Origin: a virus
Taxonomy: Duplodnaviria; Caudoviricetes
Direction: 5' to 3' (one strand)
Length of the DNA stretch: 64,000 nt
Virus record (IMG/VR): IMGVR_UViG_3300042288_001626
The translations under genes were made by a program, and so were the position numbers. Of this stretch, positions 57,350-64,000 are shown in pieces. How positions within the stretch are numbered: the stretch's first letter is position 1; the number at the start of each line of letters is the position of its first letter. A model generated the notes under the pieces. It ran no database searches. It was not told the DNA's origin and was given only the letters and a program-made list of their open reading frames with translations.

Positions 57350-60232
57350 TTATTTCTCTTTGTCTGCGTTAGGCTTTTTCTTTTCAGTTTTTGGTCTGCA
57401 ACTATCCTCACTATATGCTTCTTTTCCAGGAACAGGTTCATAGCCTTCCCAGCATCTGCCTGACCCTTGCTTTACATTTGCTTGTGGAGGTCCGGCATAT
57501 GGTAAGCTCAAAGGTTCTTTGAACTTACCGTGGTATTCTCTAAATGATTTATCAAACCCAGGGTTATTTTTCCGTAAATTTTTAGATAGTGGACGGCCAA
57601 CCATTTTAAATGGATCAAACTCTGGAGAAATTTTCTCAAGAGTTTGTGACATATATTTTCCTATGGGAGCCATTATAGGCATAGCCGACTGATTAAATTT
57701 TTGCACAGCCGCCATGTGGTCAGGGAGGCTAACATCTAGACTTTGAGGAAGTGTGAGCCCTTCGGTGTGTATGAAATCCTGTAATGGTGCAATTAGATTA
57801 GTCCCCGTCCGGTATGTATTATATCCTGCACTTGCAGTAGGTGTGTATTTTTGCTGTAGAGCTTCAGGAACTCCGAGCCGTTGCATCTCTCTCAATGCAT
57901 TCGTATTTGCAGTGTTTTCTAGTTGTAGTGAAACTGCAGGCATTTTAGTTTTAAGCTCTTGTGTCATAGCCGAAGGATGAGTAGTCATTTGCCTGTATGC
58001 CTCCAGTACCTTATCTTTATCTAAAAAATGTCCATATTCGTGCCAGAACTTCGCAAGTGGGGAGAATCCGTCTTTTCTATATTTTCCAGTTATTTGAATC
58101 ATATTTTCAATAGGCGAGTATTCTGAAGTGCCCATAACTCTACGCAATTTACCTCCAGAGGCTTTAAAGTTTCTTAGTATGTTTTTACTAGCCGACAGAG
58201 TCATTGCCTGTTTCTCTGTGATCGATTCACTATGTTCTGTAACAGGTTTGCTTTGACTGGCTGCAGAAGCTGCTTGTTTGCTCATTAGTGCACGCAGCTG
58301 AGAAATTAGAGGTTCTATCTGATGCTCTGTATGATTATAGTTGATAACCCCTGGAAGCTTCCTGAACTTCTCAATTCCAGGCTCCCAGAAGTCTACTACC
58401 GCTCTCGCTTTCATTTGCTTTTCTAGAATTTCTTCTGGAGAAAATGTGACACCTTTCTTTTTAGCTGAGCGAGCAATTCTTTGAGCTATACTTTGCTCAG
58501 GATCTCCTCCCACAAGAATATGTGCTCTATATTTTGCGAGCTCTTCAGGAGTCATATGTCCTAACTGAGCTCCCTCAATAATTGAAGCGGGAGGACTGTT
58601 ATCTATAGTGTGCTTGTTTGCTCTGTGTACAAGGTCTGTATAGAACTTGTGCTCGTCTGTGCCTGGGGTTAGCGACTTTTGCCAGCGTCCGTGGTCATCT
58701 TTAGTAACATATTCTTTAAACTCAGGATGCTTATCCACACTATGCAAAGGTAGACCAAGTTTTTCAGCTATCGTTTGCGCCAGTGTAGTTTTTCCTGCTC
58801 CGCTGTGTCCTGTGACTAGAATAGATTGCGCCGGATCGGCAGCAGCTTGTTTATTCATCAGTGCACGCAGCTGCTCTATCAAAGGCTCTACCTCATGCTC
58901 TGTGTGATTATAATTAATTACACCAGGAACCTTTTTAAACTTCTCCATTCCTGGACTCCACGAGTCAGCTACCATTCTGGACTCTAGCATTTTTCTATCT
59001 AGATCTTCAGGAGATAAGGTTATTCCTTTTTTAGCTGCTTTGTCTGTCATACGCTGCAACCGCTGAGCTATAGACTGCTCAACGTCACCACCCACAAGAA
59101 CATTAGCCATATATTTTTTGAGCTGTCTTGGTCCTAGTGTGGTTACCTGTGTACCTTCAAGAACAGCTGGACCCTCCATCTCTTTCAGAGACTTGCCTAC
59201 AATCTTTCGAATATCTTTGATATACTGCTTATTCTCAGCGGAACCTGGAGTTAGAGCGAGTCTTTCATAGTCAGGTCTACTCTCTAAATCTGCTCTTAGA
59301 TTGTCCCAGCTCTCCTGAGCATCTACTCTATGTAGTGGAATATTTAATTTCTCTGCTAGCGCTTTAGCTAGTGTGCTCTTACCAGCTCCGCTGTGTCCTG
59401 TAACCAGTATAGTCTTACTTGGATCAGCTGCTCCTTCTTTACTCAGCTTATCCCATTGTTTCTTGTCTGGATAATCCTCGTCTCCAGGCTTAGCTGCTTT
59501 CTCTCCACGCTTTCTTTTTGCATGAATATTTGCCCATAAACCAGGCCGCTCACCAGACTGCTTTTCGTTCTTTTCAGTTTGTTGAAAAGACTGCTCTGTT
59601 TTTTCAACAGGAAAACACAAGTCACCTTTCACCTCATACCCTTCAGGCACACTATATCCCATATCCTTGAGATATTCACCACTGAATGCTTCTCCCTTGT
59701 CTATAAGCTTAGCCACCTCTTTAGGTACCCCTGCCACCTTCTCGATATACGAGTATATGTCTAGTACTTCGGCGCTTTTCTCCAATCCAGTGTATTCCTC
59801 AATATCCAGATCATAACCAAGCTTGCCCAGCAGCTCCAGGTCTTCGGGATTTGTATACTCCTCACCATTCACATCTATAATCCCTGTGCTTCTTCTATAC
59901 TCTGCAGTCTTTCTGCTTGGTGTTCTGATGGGTTGAGTAGCTGCTGATCTATATGCATTAGTGCCACTCAGCTGAGGAGCAGGAGGCGGCTGATTGCTTG
60001 GAGGTGCTTGAGGTTTTGGTGCTCCTTGTTGAGGAACTGTGGGACTCTGTACAGGTTTGAAGTTTTTGTCTGCTACGCTAAATGACGTGGTCATTGGGTT
60101 GCCTCGAGCTACAGGCACACCTACCTGCTGAGGCAATACCCCCAGATGATTCTGTGCCACCATACCAGGAACACTCGGAGACACTGAATGAGCAAGGGCG
60201 ATCTTTTCAAATAGCTCTCTTATAGAATGCAT
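57350..60232 (-). CDS. 960-aa modular polyprotein-like protein: two tandem P-loop NMP-kinase-like domains, an HExxH domain and short basic modules
   Basis: ILVTGHSGAGK[ST]T twice, WHEYGH, PGLWANIHAKRKRG and CWEGYEPVPGK modules; about 10 K-x-A/S/G junctions. Confidence 0.8.
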   Translation of the reverse strand: MHSIRELFEKIALAHSVSPSVPGMVAQNHLGVLPQQVGVPVARGNPMTTSFSVADKNFKPVQSPTVPQQGAPKPQAPPSNQPPPAPQLSGTNAYRSAATQPIRTPSRKTAEYRRSTGIIDVNGEEYTNPEDLELLGKLGYDLDIEEYTGLEKSAEVLDIYSYIEKVAGVPKEVAKLIDKGEAFSGEYLKDMGYSVPEGYEVKGDLCFPVEKTEQSFQQTEKNEKQSGERPGLWANIHAKRKRGEKAAKPGDEDYPDKKQWDKLSKEGAADPSKTILVTGHSGAGKSTLAKALAEKLNIPLHRVDAQESWDNLRADLESRPDYERLALTPGSAENKQYIKDIRKIVGKSLKEMEGPAVLEGTQVTTLGPRQLKKYMANVLVGGDVEQSIAQRLQRMTDKAAKKGITLSPEDLDRKMLESRMVADSWSPGMEKFKKVPGVINYNHTEHEVEPLIEQLRALMNKQAAADPAQSILVTGHSGAGKTTLAQTIAEKLGLPLHSVDKHPEFKEYVTKDDHGRWQKSLTPGTDEHKFYTDLVHRANKHTIDNSPPASIIEGAQLGHMTPEELAKYRAHILVGGDPEQSIAQRIARSAKKKGVTFSPEEILEKQMKARAVVDFWEPGIEKFRKLPGVINYNHTEHQIEPLISQLRALMSKQAASAASQSKPVTEHSESITEKQAMTLSASKNILRNFKASGGKLRRVMGTSEYSPIENMIQITGKYRKDGFSPLAKFWHEYGHFLDKDKVLEAYRQMTTHPSAMTQELKTKMPAVSLQLENTANTNALREMQRLGVPEALQQKYTPTASAGYNTYRTGTNLIAPLQDFIHTEGLTLPQSLDVSLPDHMAAVQKFNQSAMPIMAPIGKYMSQTLEKISPEFDPFKMVGRPLSKNLRKNNPGFDKSFREYHGKFKEPLSLPYAGPPQANVKQGSGRCWEGYEPVPGKEAYSEDSCRPKTEKKKPNADKEK
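58271..59431 (-). repeat. Tandem duplication of a ~190-codon kinase domain (58844-59431 and 58271-58843)
   Basis: Both copies start AAD P and end V-I-N-Y-N-H-T-E-H..EPLI.QLRALM[NS]KQA; DNA similarity is visible at both ends. Confidence 0.85.
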
Positions 60233-60304
60233 AATTTTTATTTTTTGTGATGTATTTGCCTATTCTAAGACAAAAAATGTTTAAATTGTGCAGAAACAGG
60301 ACAA

Positions 60305-60823
60305 TTAGATCTCTCCACTCCTCCTTCTCTCCATCATTCTCTTAGCATGATCTGCAAAATCTATTTTTTTATTTTTAAAATCATTCAGCATGATCTGCTC
60401 TAGTTTGTTTAAAGGTACCTGAGGATTACTGTGTATTCTTCCAAGCATCTCAGGAGCGAGGTCATGCTGATAGTAGCTATTGATTGCTCTTTCTCTTGCA
60501 AGATGTCCTGAAAATGCTCCTATGCCTGCTCCAACCAATCCTCCGGCCGTGGCTCCTCTTAGGGCAGATGAAAGTCTGCTTTTCCTGATCTTCTGTCCTG
60601 TTCTAGGATCTATACGAGTGTCTGGATCGATCACACCCCCTATTCCTCCAGCCAGTGCTCCTGCAGTTCCTCCCACAGCTGCTCCTCCAGTTCTGAACCC
60701 TGTTGCTTTCGACCGTATGATATCCATGGCCTTCTGTTTTAGTTCTGAGCTTATCTGAGCTGCAGGAAGAGTGTTTGCTTTTTTAATAAAGCTAATGATG
60801 TTGTTTTTAAATTCAGGGTTCAT
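60305..60823 (-). CDS. Glycine-zipper membrane protein with an N-terminal IKKA motif
   Basis: GGAAVGGTAGALAGGIGG; GATAGGLVGAGIGAFSG; TATAAT lies 6 nt before the ATG. Confidence 0.75.
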   Translation of the reverse strand: MNPEFKNNIISFIKKANTLPAAQISSELKQKAMDIIRSKATGFRTGGAAVGGTAGALAGGIGGVIDPDTRIDPRTGQKIRKSRLSSALRGATAGGLVGAGIGAFSGHLARERAINSYYQHDLAPEMLGRIHSNPQVPLNKLEQIMLNDFKNKKIDFADHAKRMMERRRSGEI

Positions 60824-60861
60824 ACAGATATTATATAGTGTATTTTAACTGGCTGATAGCT

Positions 60862-60892
60862 AAAAAAAGGACTCATTTCTGAGTCCTCTTTC
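60862..60892 (-). terminator. Intrinsic terminator (GAAA loop)
   Basis: AGGACTCA-GAAA-TGAGTCCT-T7 on the minus strand. Confidence 0.85.
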
Positions 60893-60917
60893 TCGCCTTT
60901 TCTTCCTGATAGGGCTA

Positions 60918-61550
60918 CTACCAATAGCCTGCGGCTTCCTGTTCCCTCTTTCTCTCCTCTTCCTCAAACTTCAACAAAGCTTTGAGGTCCTCCTCGTGCT
61001 TCTGCACATCGAGCTCTTTTTCCATCCAGGCAAGGCTATCTTTCCAGGCATCCACCCTGGCCTGACAATATTTCGGAGTGAATTTCACAGCATCCTCTTT
61101 AAGAAGACACTCTTTAATTTCAGCTATCGAAATCTCGAGCTGCTCCATATAGGAGGGCCACTCAGGCAAAGGCTTTTCTACAGCCCTCGGCTTTTCGTCA
61201 GTTTTCGGCTTTTCCAGAGGCTTGTTCTCTTTCTTCGGAGCCTCAGCCTTCGAGTTCGTGAAGGCTTTGATGAGTTTCGCTTCAGAGCTTTCCTCGTTTA
61301 TCTCGGCCTCGGCCAGAAGATCCAGCTGACGCAGCATGCAACCAATCACATCTGAAGTAAGAGTCACTTCGCTTCTATAGAAGAATCTGACGTCTACTCT
61401 CACCTCATCAAAGTTCGCATTCATTGCTCTGAGACCTACCAGGTAAGCCTGCGCTTCCTTAATAGTATCAAAAGGCTCGAACAATCCTCCGATTGCGGTA
61501 CCAGTATGATCATAATCCAACAACGTTACTTCGAGGTTATTAACTTTCAT
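60918..61550 (-). CDS. Hypothetical charged protein
   Basis: 210-aa ORF with ATGA coupling to the upstream gene. Confidence 0.7.
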   Translation of the reverse strand: MKVNNLEVTLLDYDHTGTAIGGLFEPFDTIKEAQAYLVGLRAMNANFDEVRVDVRFFYRSEVTLTSDVIGCMLRQLDLLAEAEINEESSEAKLIKAFTNSKAEAPKKENKPLEKPKTDEKPRAVEKPLPEWPSYMEQLEISIAEIKECLLKEDAVKFTPKYCQARVDAWKDSLAWMEKELDVQKHEEDLKALLKFEEEERKREQEAAGYW

Positions 61551-61819
61551 AGTTTACAGGGGTCTAGTTTTTTCGTGGGTTTATACTTGCTCTTCAACAA
61601 TGCAACGTTGCACTGCTCTAGCTGCTCCTCAAGTTCTGCTACTCTAGCTGTCAATTCTTCAGCCTTTGCCTGCTCTCTAGTGAAACTCACAGTAAGTTCT
61701 TTGATTCTCTCAAAGTCTTTGTGCGAGTCTCTTCTGTAGAAGAAGAGGCTGGTGCTGACATCAAAACAAACAAAAAGCAGCGCGATTGCGGCTGCCATGT
61801 ATAGCGTTCTTGTTCTCAT
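61547..61819 (-). CDS. Small membrane-anchored coiled-coil protein
   Basis: N-terminal TM helix plus heptads; lies downstream of promoter motif copy 3. Confidence 0.65.
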   Translation of the reverse strand: MRTRTLYMAAAIALLFVCFDVSTSLFFYRRDSHKDFERIKELTVSFTREQAKAEELTARVAELEEQLEQCNVALLKSKYKPTKKLDPCKL

Positions 61820-61852
61820 GGGTATGGTAAAAATGAGACGCAGTATTACGTT

Positions 61853-61872
61853 TCAATGTATTATCCCAAAAA
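61853..61872 (-). promoter_or_regulatory. Conserved 20-bp promoter motif, copy 3 (TTTTTGG-GATAAT-ACATTGA)
   Basis: 17/20 identical to copy 1. Confidence 0.6.
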
Positions 61873-61885
61873 TAACCGCGAAGTT

Positions 61886-61897
61886 GGGGGGGGGGGG
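61886..61897. repeat. G12/C12 homopolymer tract
   Basis: 12 consecutive G on the plus strand between a terminator and promoter copy 3. Confidence 0.8.
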
Positions 61898-61906
61898 TCA
61901 ATACCT

Positions 61907-61950
61907 AAAAAAAGGAAAACCCCCGCCCCGATTGCTCGGGACGAGGGCTG
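61907..61950 (-). terminator. Intrinsic terminator (GCAA loop)
   Basis: CCCTCGTCCCGA-GCAA-TCGGGGCGGGG, then TTTTCC-T7 on the minus strand. Confidence 0.75.
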
Positions 61951-61965
61951 TTTTTGGGGGAAGGT

Positions 61966-62163
61966 CTAGTCCTCCTTGTTTCCCTTTTTAGTCTTGGCTG
62001 TTACGCCTCGACGGGGACCGCTCTTGAGAACATCCGGATTCTTTTTCCTTACTCCATCAGGACCCACGATATAGAAGTTCGGATTGACTGGTTTGCCGCC
62101 CATCGTCTTCTTCAGTTCTTTGCGATGGATCTCGTTTTTGACTTTGCTCGATTTGTTGGCCAT
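61966..62163 (-). CDS. Small highly basic protein
   Basis: 65 aa, Lys-rich; 7 nt after the upstream stop and followed by a terminator. Confidence 0.65.
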   Translation of the reverse strand: MANKSSKVKNEIHRKELKKTMGGKPVNPNFYIVGPDGVRKKNPDVLKSGPRRGVTAKTKKGNKED

Positions 62164-62170
62164 AGGTTTG

Positions 62171-63400
62171 TTATGCTTGGGTTGTTACTGCGGTTGTCAC
62201 TGAAGTTGTGGTTGCTGTGAAGCTCTCTGTGTTTGCTGGAGAAATATCCTGCTCCTTGATAAACTTGCACCCTTTGGCGGTGAGCTTATACTTGTTGCCG
62301 ATCTTCTCGATCAAACGCTTTTTCTTGTTGGTTGTGTATGTCCAACTATTCAGCTGCTGAGGACTGATGTCGCGCTGCTCGATGATATCCTCTTTGGTGA
62401 GCAGAATACTGTGATAGTTCTGTGAATCTGTATCCACAAAAGCACCAAGAATCTCACGCTCGAGGGCAGAGCAACGCTCGTTGACTGGATTGGTTTGCTG
62501 TGCAGTTACCGGCACACTCACACCCACAAGAGCCTGCATGCTTCCAAGCAGGCCTGTGTATTTTGTCAACTGCTCGTCGATCTTTGCAATTTCCGAGAGC
62601 AATTCTTCGCGCTTGCCTCTCAGAATCTTCATGCCCTCGACAGCTTTTTCAAGAAGCATCAAACCTTCCATAGGGTTATGACTTTCTTGCTGACTTACTG
62701 ATCTCTCAAACGTTGTTTCTAGCATTTTTTGTTTGGGTTGGGTGACTACATATCCGAATACACAGAACGTAGTTATTTTCTTTCTATAGGAAAAGACGAA
62801 CTTCTCCACTAGAGCTTTGTTATGCTGCGCTACCTCGTCTATAAGCAACTGGCTTGTCATCTCGATTTTATCCTCGATGCTAAGACAATTTAAACTATAA
62901 GCAACTGCAGCCTTGCTGGTTGGTTGTATTCCTTGAACAGCATGCACAGCAAGTGTGATTGCTATAAAACTGTTCACTGAACACAATTTGGTGATGCAGG
63001 CTTGAATATTACTCAGGTTACCATCTGTTAGTGGTCCTGTTAAATCAAACCAGGCAAAGGTGGGTTTCTCGACAAATCCTTTCTTTAACAATGAATGGAA
63101 TATGTCGCCTACATGGTGCTCCCATAATCGTTCTGGATACTCTCCTATCCCTGTATCTTCCTTGAGATATTCATAGTCGAACGTGTGGAGCTTCAGCTTT
63201 GATTCGCCACGATCTTTTTCGAGCCTGAGAATCCTATCTAGAATTCTTTCTCTTTCCTGCTCTCCAGAACAGGCAGGCATCGTAAAGATCTGGCTATCTA
63301 CTGAAAAATTATCTCGAATGAACGGTTCAAGATAAACATCTAGCTTGTCGTACGAAGCAACCTTTTCAGGCGTGCCCATGACATCAAGAGGATTTCTCAT
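62171..63400 (-). CDS. Hypothetical protein: possible Rossmann/MTase-like N-terminus, coiled coil and winged-helix-like C-terminus
   Basis: FAWFDLTG motif; heptads; C-terminal LIEKIGNKYKLTAKG. Confidence 0.6.
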   Translation of the reverse strand: MRNPLDVMGTPEKVASYDKLDVYLEPFIRDNFSVDSQIFTMPACSGEQERERILDRILRLEKDRGESKLKLHTFDYEYLKEDTGIGEYPERLWEHHVGDIFHSLLKKGFVEKPTFAWFDLTGPLTDGNLSNIQACITKLCSVNSFIAITLAVHAVQGIQPTSKAAVAYSLNCLSIEDKIEMTSQLLIDEVAQHNKALVEKFVFSYRKKITTFCVFGYVVTQPKQKMLETTFERSVSQQESHNPMEGLMLLEKAVEGMKILRGKREELLSEIAKIDEQLTKYTGLLGSMQALVGVSVPVTAQQTNPVNERCSALEREILGAFVDTDSQNYHSILLTKEDIIEQRDISPQQLNSWTYTTNKKKRLIEKIGNKYKLTAKGCKFIKEQDISPANTESFTATTTSVTTAVTTQA

Positions 63401-63411
63401 CTGCGAAAAAG

Positions 63412-63483
63412 TGCACCCAGAAGGAATCGAACCTTCATCAACGGATTAGAAATCCGCTGCTCTGTCCGTTGAGCTATGGGTGC
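63412..63483 (-). tRNA. trnR: tRNA-Arg(UCU), CCA not encoded
   Basis: GCACCCA acceptor stem, TAGCTCA D-arm, GCGGA-TT-TCT-AA-TCCGT anticodon arm and GGTTCGATTCC T-arm. Confidence 0.95.
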
Positions 63484-63488
63484 GTTTT

Positions 63489-63722
63489 TTACCGATGCTT
63501 GTTCAAGAACTCGGCCACATGATTTTTGGCGCTTGTGTACTCTGACGAGCCTGGACTGACAGGCTCTGTGCGAGTGCTCCAATACACCTCAATATCTGGC
63601 GAAGAGCTGAAAGGATCTCCGTAGTATAAAAGCAAAAACTCACCTTTACGGTAGGTATTCACTCTGTACACAGAGACATTCAAACTCCGATACTCTTCCG
63701 TCACCTTTACTTTATGAGGCAT
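63489..63722 (-). CDS. Small hypothetical protein
   Basis: MPHKVKVTEEY...; start overlaps the upstream stop. Confidence 0.6.
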   Translation of the reverse strand: MPHKVKVTEEYRSLNVSVYRVNTYRKGEFLLLYYGDPFSSSPDIEVYWSTRTEPVSPGSSEYTSAKNHVAEFLNKHR

Positions 63723-63937
63723 CACAGGATTTTTAGTCTTACTGCTGCCTCTAGTGCAAAGATGGAGGAAATGCATCCAAGTAGAAATACAACACAGGCT
63801 TCAAACCCAGGCAAGTCAAAAAACCTAATTGTTGAAAAATCGATCAAAGCCAGTACGGTGAACGCAATGCCAAACACTGAGTTGCTGCGTTGCCGGCTAT
63901 CTTTATATTCCGAAGAGCTCGTAAGTCTAGAGTTCAT
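63722..63937 (-). CDS. Small two-TM membrane protein
   Basis: 71 aa with two hydrophobic stretches, between the tRNAs. Confidence 0.6.
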   Translation of the reverse strand: MNSRLTSSSEYKDSRQRSNSVFGIAFTVLALIDFSTIRFFDLPGFEACVVFLLGCISSIFALEAAVRLKIL

Positions 63938-63965
63938 AATTAACAGGGTTGAGGTTAAACCAAGG

Positions 63966-64000
63966 TGGTGCCGATGGTGGGACTCGAACCCACACGAGGA
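63966..64000 (-). tRNA. 3' part of a tRNA, probably Leu (truncated by the window edge)
   Basis: GTGGGTTCGAGTCCCAC T-arm plus CATCGGC-A-CCA. The anticodon is outside the window; Leu is inferred from discriminator A and the acceptor stem. Confidence 0.75.

Noticed and set aside
61547-61819. i-spanin
   Set aside because: TM plus coiled coil fits, but there is no embedded or adjacent lipoprotein o-spanin and the context is an early-type promoter.
63397-63582. 61-aa ORF in the track
   Set aside because: It overlaps tRNA-Arg and a better ORF, so it is spurious.
1-64000. CRISPR array
   Set aside because: No equal-length repeats with unique spacers were seen; all repeats are coding or terminator hairpins.
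1-64000. Giant eukaryotic virus (NCLDV) origin suggested by collagens and many GTs
   Set aside because: Bacterial-type RpoB, PhoH, NrdJ, PduO, Tat-signal DUF1501, holin-like genes, sigma70-like promoters, intrinsic terminators and operonic coupling indicate a bacteriophage.
1-64000. Alternative genetic code (stop-codon recoding)
   Set aside because: Known proteins (NrdJ, PduO, PhoH, DUF1501) are full-length in the standard code, and TAA, TAG and TGA all act as true stops.

Overview
This is 64 kb of a large, gene-dense dsDNA bacteriophage genome, probably a jumbo phage that encodes its own multisubunit RNA polymerase. Evidence for a phage rather than a cell or giant virus: an RpoB-like fragment, NrdJ, PhoH, holin-like genes, tRNAs, sigma70-like promoters and intrinsic terminators. 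Two DUF1501 genes suggest a Planctomycetes/Verrucomicrobia-type host (inference). Layout: (1) 1-10.4 kb holds nucleotide and cofactor genes (dCMP deaminase, class II RNR, PduO cobalamin adenosyltransferase, PhoH), a stand-alone RNAP beta fragment and small hypotheticals. (2) 10.5-48.7 kb is a minus-strand island in which about 11 glycosyltransferase-like genes, a sulfotransferase and two methyltransferases are interleaved with giant fibre or adhesin genes (four Gly-X-Thr collagen-like proteins, a 14x Fn3 protein, LRR and LamG proteins). (3) 48.7-60.8 kb holds modular proteins whose domains are delimited by K-x-A/G/S motifs (candidate protease-processed virion cargo polyproteins), plus tandem Tat-signal DUF1501 genes, a DUF559 nuclease and a holin-like pair. 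(4) 60.9-64 kb holds small early-type genes and two tRNAs. The best candidates for undescribed systems are the K-x-A-delimited polyproteins, the glycosylated/sulfated collagen fibre coat, and the phage DUF1501 pair. All family assignments come from motif recognition by eye; no database search was run.
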